Shown here: positions 8,535 through 18,263 of the stretch, piece after piece
Layout of the letters: each line of letters begins with the position of its first letter
Numbering within the stretch: the stretch's first letter is position 1
Assembly (NCBI GenBank): GCA_964366325.1
Contig: CAYITD010000002.1
Coordinates: 32,428 to 96,427 of the forward strand
Length of the DNA: 64,000 bases
Source of the DNA: Candidatus Woesearchaeota archaeon
GTDB taxonomy: Archaea > Nanobdellota > Nanobdellia > Pacearchaeales > GW2011-AR1
Direction: 5' to 3'
Made by a program: the position numbers and the translations under genes
Notes under the pieces: generated by a model
Database searches by the model: none
Told to the model about the DNA's origin: nothing
Seen by the model: only the letters and a program-made list of their open reading frames with translations

Positions 8535-10156
8535 GTTTTTTTAATATGAGAAACTGCAAAAGAAAGATCTCCGCGTACTTTCTTTCCGGGATTAAAAATT
8601 CCCTTTTCATCAAAAACATCTTTAACTTGCTCAAAAATTTTCATCATCTCCTTACCAAACTGTTCTTCTACAAAAGAAGTTCTAACAAGGCCATCATTAT
8701 GTTCCGCAGTCATAGTTCCCTTGTACTGATGAACAAGTTTAGTAAACTTAGCAAGAACAATTGGAATTTTCTTCCGTTCATTTTTATCTTTTAAGTCCAT
8801 AAGTGGAATAATATGGAAATTCCCATCTCCAACGTGTCCAGCTAAAGTTGGAGTTATGCCATGATCTTCAAGCAATTTATATAATTTTGGAAGAAACTCA
8901 GAAAGATATTCAGGTTTAACACTAAAATCATCTATAAAAGGTGCAGCCATTTTGTTTTTCACTTTTTGTCTCAAAAGGTTAAATGACTCTCTTCGCATAA
9001 CCCAGTATTTCTCACCTTCACTTTCACTTTGCATCGAAATTGACTGTATACCTTCTTTCCTTAGTTCTTTACTAAGAGAATCTGCTCTATTTTGAATCTC
9101 TTTCTCCTTGTCCCCCGTAAGTTCTACAAGCACAATAAAAATAGGAAAACCATGAATAAGCGCTTTGAGCGCCTCCTTTCTGAAACCCCAAAAGAAAGAA
9201 AAAACATTTTTGTTAATTTTTTTAGCTATTTCAGGAAAAAAGCGAAGACCTAAAATTAAAGTATGTTTATCAAAGCTTTCCAAAGATTCAGGCTTATATT
9301 TCTTCACAGTAGAAATCAATTCACTTATTTGATTTAAGTTTTTTAAAGAAACGACAACCAATCTAGAATGTTTTCTTTTAGGAACTAAATCAACGTCAGC
9401 ATTTAACCACATTCCAAGAGTTCCTTGTGATCCAACAAAGAGCTTAGATAAATCAAAAGTCTTCCTATCCCAAACACGCCATAAAAAATAACCTGAAGAA
9501 TTTTTCGTTACTTTTGGTCGAGCAGCCTGAATCAAATCATAATTCTTCTCACAAAGAGCATATATTCTTCTATAGATTTCCCCTTCAAAATCTCTCTTTC
9601 TCATTTTGGCATTAAGTTGATCTCTACTTAACTTCTTCAATTCGTAAATTTTTCCATCTGCCAAAACAACTCTCAACTTATTAACATGATCAACTGTCTG
9701 TCCAAATACGAGGGATTTCTCTCCTCCAGAATTATTAGCAATAATTCCACCCATAGCACAAATAGATTTACTAGCAGGATAACTTGGATACATAACGTTC
9801 TTCTTATCTGTAATCTTCTCAAGATCCCTATAATAAACTCCAGGTTCAACAACCGCGTGTTTCGTACTTACTTCAAGTATATGATTTATATGCTGTGTAA
9901 ACGAAACAACTATTGACTCCGTCAGCGGTCCTCCAGTCATATCAGTTCCAGCCGCTCTAGCAGTAAGAGACAATCCTTTTCTTTTATTAACAAAATTAAC
10001 TAAATATTGTATATCTTCAGCATTTTTAGGACAAACAACAACTTTTGGCCTCACTTCAAATATAGAAGCATCCCTACTATAAGTATTCAAACTTTCCTCA
10101 TCAATTAAAACTTCTCCCTTGAATACTTTTTTCAGTTCATTAATCCAATCATCCAT
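8531..10156 (-). CDS. FAD-linked oxidase (GlcD / D-lactate dehydrogenase family)
   Basis: 541 aa with an N-terminal PCMH-type FAD-binding region (ARAAGTDMTGG, GGIIANNSGG) and a C-terminal HVGDGNFH...EHNDG segment. Confidence 0.8.
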   Translation of the reverse strand: MDDWINELKKVFKGEVLIDEESLNTYSRDASIFEVRPKVVVCPKNAEDIQYLVNFVNKRKGLSLTARAAGTDMTGGPLTESIVVSFTQHINHILEVSTKHAVVEPGVYYRDLEKITDKKNVMYPSYPASKSICAMGGIIANNSGGEKSLVFGQTVDHVNKLRVVLADGKIYELKKLSRDQLNAKMRKRDFEGEIYRRIYALCEKNYDLIQAARPKVTKNSSGYFLWRVWDRKTFDLSKLFVGSQGTLGMWLNADVDLVPKRKHSRLVVVSLKNLNQISELISTVKKYKPESLESFDKHTLILGLRFFPEIAKKINKNVFSFFWGFRKEALKALIHGFPIFIVLVELTGDKEKEIQNRADSLSKELRKEGIQSISMQSESEGEKYWVMRRESFNLLRQKVKNKMAAPFIDDFSVKPEYLSEFLPKLYKLLEDHGITPTLAGHVGDGNFHIIPLMDLKDKNERKKIPIVLAKFTKLVHQYKGTMTAEHNDGLVRTSFVEEQFGKEMMKIFEQVKDVFDEKGIFNPGKKVRGDLSFAVSHIKKT

Positions 10157-11117
10157 GTTTCCTCTTCCTTCTCAAAACATCCTTTACAGCTTTTAAAATA
10201 TCTTTATTAGTACAATTATATTTTTCCAGCAATTGTTCTGGATCTCCAGACTCTCCAAATGTATCTCTAATTCCAACTCTCTCCATCGGAATTGGAAATT
10301 CACTTACTAAAAGTTCAGAAACTGCTCCTCCCAATCCTCCAGTAATCTGATGTTCTTCAGCTGTTACAATAGCCCCAGTTTTTCTTGCAGCTGAAATTAT
10401 CGTTTGATTATCCAACGGCTTTATAGTATGAGAATTTACAACTATTGCACTTATCCCTTCCTTCTTAAGGTTTTCAGCAGCAACAAGCGCCTCATAAACC
10501 ATTCTCCCGCAAGCAACTATACAAACATCTGAGCCATTTCTATATACATCCGCTTTTCCAAAAACGAAAGGAGTTTTGTTATCAGTTATTACTGGAATTT
10601 TATCCCTTCCAAATCTAAGATAAACTGGACCCTTAATTGAAGCCGAAGCAATAGTCGCCTTCTCGGCCTGAACTGCATCACAAGGAACAATAACTTTCAT
10701 ATTTGGAAGAACTCTCATAATAGCAATATCTTCCAAAGCCTGATGAGTTGCGCCATCAGGGCCAACACTAATTCCAGCATGCGCTCCCTGAATTTTTACA
10801 TTTAGATTATTATAACAAACACTAACTCTTAATTGATCCCAATTTCTTCCAGGACTAAAGACAGCATATGAACTTATAAAAGGAATTTTTCCCATAAGTG
10901 CTAAACCAGCAGCAAGTCCAGCCATGTTCTGTTCAGCAACACCAACTTCAATGTATTGTTTAGGAAATTTCTGTTTAAACCACTCTACTCGAGTAGATTC
11001 AGTTAAATCACAACAAAGAGCAATAATATTTTTATTTTTCTCTCCTAAAACAACAAGCGCTTTTCCATATCCATCTCTAGAAGCAACAAGTTCAGGTTTT
11101 TTTAAATCGATTTTCAT
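10149..11117 (-). CDS. Transketolase, C-terminal (pyrimidine-binding) subunit
   Basis: GVAEQNM, GPDGATHQALEDIA and a C-terminal TK domain; this is the archaeal split arrangement. Confidence 0.9.
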   Translation of the reverse strand: MKIDLKKPELVASRDGYGKALVVLGEKNKNIIALCCDLTESTRVEWFKQKFPKQYIEVGVAEQNMAGLAAGLALMGKIPFISSYAVFSPGRNWDQLRVSVCYNNLNVKIQGAHAGISVGPDGATHQALEDIAIMRVLPNMKVIVPCDAVQAEKATIASASIKGPVYLRFGRDKIPVITDNKTPFVFGKADVYRNGSDVCIVACGRMVYEALVAAENLKKEGISAIVVNSHTIKPLDNQTIISAARKTGAIVTAEEHQITGGLGGAVSELLVSEFPIPMERVGIRDTFGESGDPEQLLEKYNCTNKDILKAVKDVLRRKRKHG

Positions 11118-12010
11118 TCTAGCCTCCCAGATTGTTCTAAAAGAATTTTACATTTTTGAGAATCAAAACCTCTAATTCTGCATTCATCTTCACAAATTTG
11201 ACGTAGTGCTTCCATGGCTTCTTCTTTGTTAGGTGTTTTCCCATGCCATTCAAAACGTTTTTCCATAAAACTAACTCCTTTCCCAGGAATTGTCTTACAA
11301 ATAACAACTATCGGTTTTCCCTTATAATTTTTAGCCTTCTCAAATCCAGACAATATCTGTTTCATATCGTTTCCGTTTATTTCGATTACATGCCAGTTAA
11401 ACGCTCTAAATTTATCAGCCAAAGGATCTAAAGGCATAACAACATCAGTTGGACCATCAATCTGAATATTATTTCTATCAACAAATCCAATTAAATTATC
11501 AAGTTTATATTTAGCCGCAAACATGAAAGACTCCCAACATTGTCCCTCATCCAACTCTCCATCACCCATAGATAAAAACACTTTAGATGTTTTGCCATCT
11601 AGTTTAATTCCATAAGCCATTCCAGCTGCAACAGAAGTTCCCTGTCCAAGTGGTCCAGTACTCGTTTCTATTCCAGGAAGAGCATGAAGATGTGGATGCC
11701 CCTGTAATCTGGATCCAAGTTTTCGCAATGTCTTTAGCTCACTCAAAGGAAAATAACCAACTTTAGCAAGCGTCGCGTACAAAACTGGACAAATGTGTCC
11801 ATTAGAAAGTATGAGTCTATCTCTTCCTTCCCAGTCAGGTTTTTTAGGATCATGGTTTAGAATATTAAAATACAGAGCTGCAAAAACATCTGACATTCCC
11901 AGTGGTCCCCCAGAATGTCCAGATCCGGCTTCCACAAGCATTTTGATAATCTCTTCTCTAATCTCATCAGCAATGATCTCCAACTCTTTTACATCTGTAA
12001 TTCTCTTCAT
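11114..12010 (-). CDS. Transketolase, N-terminal (TPP-binding) subunit
   Basis: GSGHSGGPLG, SNGH and GDGELDEGQCWE motifs. The ATG at 12010 is preferred over the TTG at 12037. It overlaps the C-terminal subunit by 4 nt. Confidence 0.9.
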   Translation of the reverse strand: MKRITDVKELEIIADEIREEIIKMLVEAGSGHSGGPLGMSDVFAALYFNILNHDPKKPDWEGRDRLILSNGHICPVLYATLAKVGYFPLSELKTLRKLGSRLQGHPHLHALPGIETSTGPLGQGTSVAAGMAYGIKLDGKTSKVFLSMGDGELDEGQCWESFMFAAKYKLDNLIGFVDRNNIQIDGPTDVVMPLDPLADKFRAFNWHVIEINGNDMKQILSGFEKAKNYKGKPIVVICKTIPGKGVSFMEKRFEWHGKTPNKEEAMEALRQICEDECRIRGFDSQKCKILLEQSGRLE

Positions 12011-12157
12011 CAAACACCTCTTTTCTAATAAATCCAACGTCCTATTTAAATATTAAGGAAAAACTTAAAAATAGCCTGATAGTTGATTAAATTAATATCT
12101 TAAAAAATCTAAACAATTAAATAATCCCTCCATCTAAACTATAAAAATGAGGGAAAA

Positions 12158-12928
12158 ATGAGGGCTTGTGCTTTGTCATCTGGATCATCTGGAAATTGTT
12201 TCTACGTTGAAGATGAAAATTCTGCTGTCTTAATAGATGTAGGGATAAGCACGAAGAAAGTTATAGAAAGAATGAACTCATTGAATCTTAATCCAGAAAA
12301 AATAAAAGCTATATTTATTACACACGAACACATAGATCATATAATTGGATCTGATGTATTCGCTAGAAGATTTAATATACCTATATTCGCGACAAAGGGA
12401 ACAATTTTCCATGGATTCCTATGTTCAAATAAAGATTTAATAAAAAAAATAAATAAAAATGATAAAATCACAATAGGAAAATTAAGAATAGAGGCATTTA
12501 CTAAATCTCACGAAGCCGCAGAACCAGTATCCTATTCAATTCACTATAAAGATAAAATCATTTCAGTAATAACCGATGCAGGATACGCTTGTAAAAACAT
12601 AAATAATAAAATCGCAAAATCAGATTTCTTATTTTTAGAATCTAACCATGATATAAAAATGCTTGAAGATGGCCCATATCCTCATTTTTTAAAAAGATGG
12701 GTAACAAGCGACACAGGACACTTATCAAACACACAAGCAGGTTTAGCAGTATTAGAACATGGGAATAAAAAACTAAAAAATATAGTTCTCTCCCATCTAA
12801 GCAGAACAAATAATTCTCCAGATTTAGCTTTGGAGACATTTCGAAGTTTTTTAAAAGAAAGAAGCGATTTCAACGCCAATCTCTCCGTGTCTCTAGGAGA
12901 TATGCCTACTCAGTTGTTTAGTGTCTAA
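12158..12928 (+). CDS. MBL-fold metallo-hydrolase
   Basis: THEHIDH motif plus downstream His/Asp ligands (TDAG, SNHD, SHLS). Confidence 0.75.
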   Translation: MRACALSSGSSGNCFYVEDENSAVLIDVGISTKKVIERMNSLNLNPEKIKAIFITHEHIDHIIGSDVFARRFNIPIFATKGTIFHGFLCSNKDLIKKINKNDKITIGKLRIEAFTKSHEAAEPVSYSIHYKDKIISVITDAGYACKNINNKIAKSDFLFLESNHDIKMLEDGPYPHFLKRWVTSDTGHLSNTQAGLAVLEHGNKKLKNIVLSHLSRTNNSPDLALETFRSFLKERSDFNANLSVSLGDMPTQLFSV

Positions 12929-12974
12929 AACTCACTTTAAGTAGGTTTAAATAGCCTAATTTAGATAATTAAAC

Positions 12975-13400
12975 ATGGGAAACTTTAGAAGAGAAGGAGG
13001 AAGAAGCGGATTCGGCGGAGGCAGCCGTTCTGGCGGTAGCCGTTTCGGAGGAAGAGGCGGAGGAAGAGATAGAGACTTTGGAAGATCAGATAGAGGGCCT
13101 GTTCAAATGCATGAAGTAACTTGTGATAAATGTGGAAAAAGATGCGAAGTCCCATTCAAACCAACCGGAGACAAACCAGTTTACTGCAGCGATTGCTTTA
13201 GAAAAGAAGAAAGCCCAAGAAACAACTTTAGTTCAAATAATCAAAACGGATCTTCACAAACAGGAATTTCAGCAGAACAGTTCAAACAAATTAATGCTAA
13301 ACTTGATAGAATCCTAAATGTCTTAGAAAGTTTAGAAATGGAAGTAGAAGAAGACTCAGAAGAGGATGCTGAAGAAGATGAAGAAGAGAAAGATGAATAA
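12975..13400 (+). CDS. RGG-rich CxxC-x17-CxxC zinc-ribbon protein with acidic tail
   Basis: The N-terminus is GGRSGFGGGSRSGGSRFGGRGGGRDRD. CDKC-(17 aa)-CSDC was counted directly. The C-terminus is EEDSEEDAEEDEEEKDE. Confidence 0.7.
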   Translation: MGNFRREGGRSGFGGGSRSGGSRFGGRGGGRDRDFGRSDRGPVQMHEVTCDKCGKRCEVPFKPTGDKPVYCSDCFRKEESPRNNFSSNNQNGSSQTGISAEQFKQINAKLDRILNVLESLEMEVEEDSEEDAEEDEEEKDE

Positions 13401-13423
13401 TTACAATTACAGGAGGTATAAAA

Positions 13424-13615
13424 ATGAAAGGTAAAGTAAAATTCTTCAATGAAATGAAAGGTTTTGGATTCATAGCTGGTGAAGATGGAAAAGAATATTT
13501 CGTTCATAGTACAGGATTGAATTCCGGCGTATCTATAAGCGAAAGTGATTCTGTCACATTCGAAATAGAGCAAGGAGACAAAGGCCCAAAAGCTTCTAAA
13601 GTTTCTAAAGAGTAA
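13424..13615 (+). CDS. csp: Cold-shock domain protein (CspA family)
   Basis: MKGKVKFFNEMKGFGFI (RNP1) and EYFVHSTG (RNP2), preceded by a GGAGGT RBS. Confidence 0.9.
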   Translation: MKGKVKFFNEMKGFGFIAGEDGKEYFVHSTGLNSGVSISESDSVTFEIEQGDKGPKASKVSKE

Positions 13616-13684
13616 ATTTTTAAAATTGTTAGTTAATTCTCAGTTATTTATTTTTATTAAATCTTATTGTTATTTTATTATTTT

Positions 13685-14389
13685 TTATATTAGTTCAACT
13701 AAACCATCTGGTTTCATAACTAGCGTTTTTCCAGAACTATCAAAGGAAAACGCGTGTTCAACTAAACTTTTTGATATAACATTTGGATCAGCTAATGAAT
13801 CATAACTCTTAATCACTTCTTTTCTTAATATATTCCTAAAAGTTTCTTCAATTCTTCTATATGCGGTTGTATCTATCGTAGGAAGACAATAATGATTCGC
13901 TTTAATATCTGAATTAGCCAAGGCAAAACTTTGAGTGTATCTTCTTAGTCCTTGTTTAGCTTCTATATAAGGTGCTAATTCTGGGCAATCTTTAACAGGT
14001 CTGTAAGACCATTGACTTCCTAAAGTCACAACAATTGAGTTTTTACTTCTAGATAAATTGCTTTTGAGAGTTTCTAATGTAATTCTTACATAAGTTAGAT
14101 TTCTGTCTAAATGTCTCTTAAAAACATCAGGCGTTTGTTCCTCCAACTTTTTTGGAAAAGCATATCCTGCAACACACCAAATATTATCTATTATCCTATT
14201 TTGTTCTCCGATTTTCACCAAAATAGATTTTAATTTGTCTTTATCTAGAACATCACATTGAAAATGAGTAAAGTCTTGCAAACCAGTTGATGACCTACTT
14301 AAAGTTATAATTTCTGAGCCTCTAGAGATTAGTTCGTCTGATATATATTTTCCTAGACTGCTTGTTCCACCAATTATTAGAGATTTCAT
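13685..14389 (-). CDS. SDR family oxidoreductase
   Basis: The ATG at 14389 gives MKSLIIGGTSSLGKYI (TGxxxGxG-type Rossmann motif). It overlaps the upstream methyltransferase by ATGA. Confidence 0.75.
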   Translation of the reverse strand: MKSLIIGGTSSLGKYISDELISRGSEIITLSRSSTGLQDFTHFQCDVLDKDKLKSILVKIGEQNRIIDNIWCVAGYAFPKKLEEQTPDVFKRHLDRNLTYVRITLETLKSNLSRSKNSIVVTLGSQWSYRPVKDCPELAPYIEAKQGLRRYTQSFALANSDIKANHYCLPTIDTTAYRRIEETFRNILRKEVIKSYDSLADPNVISKSLVEHAFSFDSSGKTLVMKPDGLVELI

Positions 14390-15183
14390 TTTATAGCTTT
14401 CAAGACTTTTAGAGGCCAATTAACTGCGTAACCTCCTTTTTCTTTTTTTATCCCTAGTAATCTTTTACATCCGTCTAAAACAAATCGATACTTTTCCTCT
14501 TCTGATCCTCCAAGAGCTTTTGACATGCCATGAAGAAGATAAATAAATCTACCAAGATCTCTTTCTGTTCTAAAGTGCCATTTTTGAGGTAAATCTTCTA
14601 TGATAATATTTGAATCATCAAACCCTGCTAAATAACATAATGAATAGGCCATCCTTTCAGATAAAAATTTTACATTATGCCCAGTGCATGAGTATTTGGC
14701 GACTTGTTCATCAAAGTGGTCTGCTAGTAAAGAGCCTTGAAATACATCACAAATTACTATTTCGCCTTGTTTTTTTAATGAATTATATATTCTTTTGAAA
14801 GCTTCTTCTTGTTTATCGCAATGATGCATTGCTCCAAACGACCACACCTTGTCAAAACTTTCGCTTGGAAAGTCTATATTCTCCGCCCCCATAACAAATG
14901 TCTCAAGATTTGGGGGGTTTCCAGTTCTGAGCTTTAAATTTTCTAATTGCGAATAAGAAGGTTCTGTAACTATATACTTTCCATTTACTCCAATCGCTTC
15001 TAATATTGGCTTACAGAAAAACCCGTTTCCTTCACCCACTCCTAAAATTATCTCTCCTTCACTAGGATTAAGATGTTTGTGCATCGCCATAATATCTTCT
15101 GCTCGTGCGAGAGGGTATTCACTAATCGCTCTTTCATACATTTCTGATCTTTCTTCATTGAAACCCTTATCTTTTACCATCAT
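14386..15183 (-). CDS. Class I SAM-dependent methyltransferase
   Basis: ILGVGEGNGFF (motif I) and a downstream acidic loop; 265 aa. Confidence 0.7.
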   Translation of the reverse strand: MMVKDKGFNEERSEMYERAISEYPLARAEDIMAMHKHLNPSEGEIILGVGEGNGFFCKPILEAIGVNGKYIVTEPSYSQLENLKLRTGNPPNLETFVMGAENIDFPSESFDKVWSFGAMHHCDKQEEAFKRIYNSLKKQGEIVICDVFQGSLLADHFDEQVAKYSCTGHNVKFLSERMAYSLCYLAGFDDSNIIIEDLPQKWHFRTERDLGRFIYLLHGMSKALGGSEEEKYRFVLDGCKRLLGIKKEKGGYAVNWPLKVLKAIK

Positions 15184-15216
15184 ATAGTCGTTACAAGAAA
15201 AGGCTATATAAAGTTA

Positions 15217-15237
15217 AGCCGTCGCTTTATGACGGCT
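15217..15237. promoter_or_regulatory. GC-rich hairpin (AGCCGTC-N7-GACGGCT) in a divergent promoter region flanked by TATA-like boxes
   Basis: Perfect 7-bp stem read directly. It lies between the methyltransferase start (15183, minus) and the TrmB start (15276, plus). Confidence 0.35.
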
Positions 15238-15275
15238 AAAGAAAAGCTTATAAATTGAGATTTCTTAGATTTAAT

Positions 15276-16001
15276 ATGTACGAAGAATTAGGAGAATTTG
15301 GATTATCAGAAAATGAGATACAAACCTACATCGCTTTATTGAAAACAGGAATTTCTACAGCTAATAGAATTGCAGAAATAACAGGAATTAAAAGAAGTAC
15401 GACCTACGATAATTTAAGTCTTCTAATCAACAAAGGAATTGTTTCAAAGATAATGAAAGAGCATGTGCAGTATTATGAAGCAGCACAACCAGAGAAACTG
15501 ATTTATTTATTAGAGGAAAGAAAAGATAGAATAAAGAAAATATTGCCAAAGTTAAAATCTATACAAGAAAGTACCTCAGAGAAGACAGGGGTTACTTATT
15601 TTGAGGGTAAAAAAGGAGTTCTAACAGTTTTAAATGATATTATCTCTGAAAATAAAGAATTGTGGTTCTACGGATCTAGAACTATGGCTAAAACTGCCTT
15701 GGCCCATTATCCTGACAACTTTATTTATAAGAGAGCAGAAAACAAGATATTTCTTAAAGCCATTTTAGCAGAAGAAGATAGAGAACATCCAGCATATAAA
15801 GAAAAGAATATAATTAAACTATCAAGTCTTAAGTTCTCAAAAGACTTAAACGGCGTTTCAGCCAATGTTTTTATCTATAGCAATAGGGTTGCTTTTATGA
15901 GTTCAGGAGAAAATCTAGTTGGAATTATAATTAAAAACAAAGAAATACTAAATCAACAAAAAAAGATATTTGAAATGCTCTGGAAAAATGCGAAAGAATA
16001 G
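15276..16001 (+). CDS. TrmB family transcriptional regulator
   Basis: LSENEIQTYIALLKTGISTANRIAEITGIKRSTTYDNLSLLINKGIV is a typical TrmB wHTH. The ATG at 15276 is preferred over the TTG at 15255. Confidence 0.75.
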   Translation: MYEELGEFGLSENEIQTYIALLKTGISTANRIAEITGIKRSTTYDNLSLLINKGIVSKIMKEHVQYYEAAQPEKLIYLLEERKDRIKKILPKLKSIQESTSEKTGVTYFEGKKGVLTVLNDIISENKELWFYGSRTMAKTALAHYPDNFIYKRAENKIFLKAILAEEDREHPAYKEKNIIKLSSLKFSKDLNGVSANVFIYSNRVAFMSSGENLVGIIIKNKEILNQQKKIFEMLWKNAKE

Positions 16002-16047
16002 TCTCAAAAATCATAATATATAAATAGCCTTTTTCTTAATTGTAAAT

Positions 16048-16413
16048 ATGAAGCAGAAAACAATTAAAGTGATCTATTGGATCGTTACATCTTTATTTTG
16101 TTTGTTAATGTTGTTTTCTGGTATCTCTGAATTGATGCAAACTCAACAAGGAAATGATCTCTTAATTAGTTTAGGATATCCTCTTTATCTTAATTTTATA
16201 CTTGGAGTTGCTAAAGTTCTAGGAGTTATCGCATTAATCCAGCCAAAATTCAGAACAATAAAAGAATGGGCTTATGCAGGATTTACTTTCGATATATTAG
16301 GAGCTTCAGCTTCATTTGCATTAAATGGCAGCAGTCTTGGAGATTCTCTGTTTCCCTTAATAATTCTAGTTGTAATGTTTATCTCCTACTCTTTGTGGAA
16401 GAAAACCAAATAA
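16048..16413 (+). CDS. DoxX-like small membrane protein
   Basis: 121 aa with 4 predicted TM segments and a DoxX-like layout. Confidence 0.5.
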   Translation: MKQKTIKVIYWIVTSLFCLLMLFSGISELMQTQQGNDLLISLGYPLYLNFILGVAKVLGVIALIQPKFRTIKEWAYAGFTFDILGASASFALNGSSLGDSLFPLIILVVMFISYSLWKKTK

Positions 16414-16463
16414 TTCTAGAAAGGTTCCAGCAGATTTATAAACAAATATTATTTAATACTAAT

Positions 16464-16625
16464 ATGGCAGCAACACCTCCTGGCGCAAGAAAAAGAAAAT
16501 TGGAGTATATGGTAGATCAAACAGTCTTTGATGAATTTATGAAAGCTTGCAGCAGAAAGGGTTTTGCACCACAAATAGTTCTAGAACAGGCTATGAAAAA
16601 ATTTGTTCAAAGCGGGCAAGCTTAA
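16464..16625 (+). CDS. Small hypothetical protein (53 aa), possibly DNA-binding
   Basis: ATG at 16464 (MAATPPGARKRKLEYMVDQTVFDEFMKACSRKGF...). The upstream part of track ORF 16266..16625 overlaps the DoxX gene and is discounted. Confidence 0.35.
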   Translation: MAATPPGARKRKLEYMVDQTVFDEFMKACSRKGFAPQIVLEQAMKKFVQSGQA

Positions 16626-16699
16626 TTTTTGCTATTATTTTATCAAATATAATCTTATCTTTCCATAAATTTAAATAAGGAAAAAAATTTTAACAGCTC

Positions 16700-17146
16700 A
16701 TGAATAAATCAATGACATTTATCACTTTGGCCGTCATAGTTGTTGGAATTTTATTTGGGATAATGTCTTTCATCCGATTTGAACCAAATCAAGTTTACAT
16801 GCCTTCAACAGAAAAAAACACCTTCCTTAACACCTCTAGTCAATCTTCCGAAATTCCATCATCAAATTCTGGAAGTTCAAACCCATTGGAAACTCAAAAT
16901 TCAAATGATAAAATAACCTCTTCAATTTTAGCAACACATAACACCAAGGAAGATTGTTGGGTTGGTTACAAAGGTAAAGCTTATGATATAACTTCATTTA
17001 TACCAAATCACCCTGGAGGCGAAAATGCCATAGCCAAAAATTGCGGAACTTCAGCAGAATTCGAAAACGCATTTACAAAAAAACATGGAACAAGTAAAGC
17101 ACCTATGTTCATGAAAGTCACTATATACAAAGGAGATTTAATATGA
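16700..17146 (+). CDS. Membrane-anchored cytochrome b5-like heme-binding domain protein
   Basis: N-terminal TM helix, Ser-rich linker, then HNTKEDCWVGYKGKAYDITSFIPNHPGG (cyt-b5 HPGG motif). Confidence 0.75.
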   Translation: MNKSMTFITLAVIVVGILFGIMSFIRFEPNQVYMPSTEKNTFLNTSSQSSEIPSSNSGSSNPLETQNSNDKITSSILATHNTKEDCWVGYKGKAYDITSFIPNHPGGENAIAKNCGTSAEFENAFTKKHGTSKAPMFMKVTIYKGDLI

Positions 17147-17550
17147 TGAATCAAAGACAATTAAAAGAATATGCCCCAGCTATAGTTAGGATCTCATTGT
17201 CTCTAGTTTTCCTCTGGTTCAGCTTTAACCAGTTTTTTCTCACAAATAACTTCATTGACTTAATTCCCTCATGGGTTGTTTCATTAAGTGGAATATCTCC
17301 AGATATGTTTGTAATTCTTAACGCAATACTAGAGTTTGCATTTGGAATGTTCCTTTTATTAGGAATTCATGTAAGATTGAGTGCATTTATCTTAGGCCTG
17401 CATTTACTAGGGATCGCTTTCTCTTTAGGTTACGGCACTACCATGATTAGAGATCTAGGTCTTGCTCTAGCAACACTTTCCATATGTTTCCAAGGAAATG
17501 ATATTCTATGTATCGGAAAAAAGAAGACATCAAATACAGAAACAAATTAA
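17143..17550 (+). CDS. DoxX family membrane protein
   Basis: 135 aa with 4 TM segments; ATGA overlap with the cyt-b5 gene. Confidence 0.55.
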   Translation: MMNQRQLKEYAPAIVRISLSLVFLWFSFNQFFLTNNFIDLIPSWVVSLSGISPDMFVILNAILEFAFGMFLLLGIHVRLSAFILGLHLLGIAFSLGYGTTMIRDLGLALATLSICFQGNDILCIGKKKTSNTETN

Positions 17551-17614
17551 TTCTAGATAAAAAATCTAATTAAAACACAACAATTAATAAAAACCTTCAA
17601 AAAAGAGTTGTGAA

Positions 17615-18195
17615 ATGAAAATCGGAGTTGATTTAGATGATGTAACTGTAGATTTTATTAGACCGTTGCTGAGATTCCACAATCAAACTGCAGAAAGAAT
17701 GATCTCTTACCCAGATGTGTTTACATATACACTTGAAGAAGTCTGGGGCGGAACAAGACAAGAAGCAATTGAGATAGTAAGATCTTTTTATATGTCTGAA
17801 GCTTTTGACCAACTACCTTTTATAGATGGCGCGTTAGAGGCTTTACATCAATTGTCTAGAAAATATGAAATTGCTTTTATAACTGCTAGACATAACGAAG
17901 CTAAAGAAAAAACACAAAAATGGCTGGAAAAAACTTGCCTCTTTTGAGAGCACCTGTTTTTTATATTGGAGAATATCAAAATAAAAATGGTAAAAAAGTT
18001 ACAAAAGCAGATATTTGCTTAAGAGAAGGAATAGAATGTATAATAGAAGATAACGGCAAATATGCAACAGAATGTGTCGAGAAAGGCATTAGAGCTTATT
18101 TGTTCAATCGTCCATGGAACACAAATTTCTTAGATCCAAGATTAGTAAGAATAGAAAGTTGGAGAGAAATTCTGGAAGATTTAAATTCTAGTTAA
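17615..18195 (+). pseudogene. 5'(3')-deoxyribonucleotidase (HAD superfamily, NT5C-like) split by a frameshift in an A6 run
   Basis: MKIGVDLDDVTVDF (DxDx[T/V] HAD motif I) is in ORF 17615..17947. The C-terminal half (IIEDN...FNRPWN) is in ORF 17920..18195 in another frame. One extra A at 17928-17933 would join them as ...WLEKNLPLL.... Confidence 0.65.
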
Positions 18196-18263
18196 TTTTC
18201 ACAAATCAAAAGTAATAACAATTTCCACAGAGAATATATATAACTTAAAGAGCTCATAAATAA

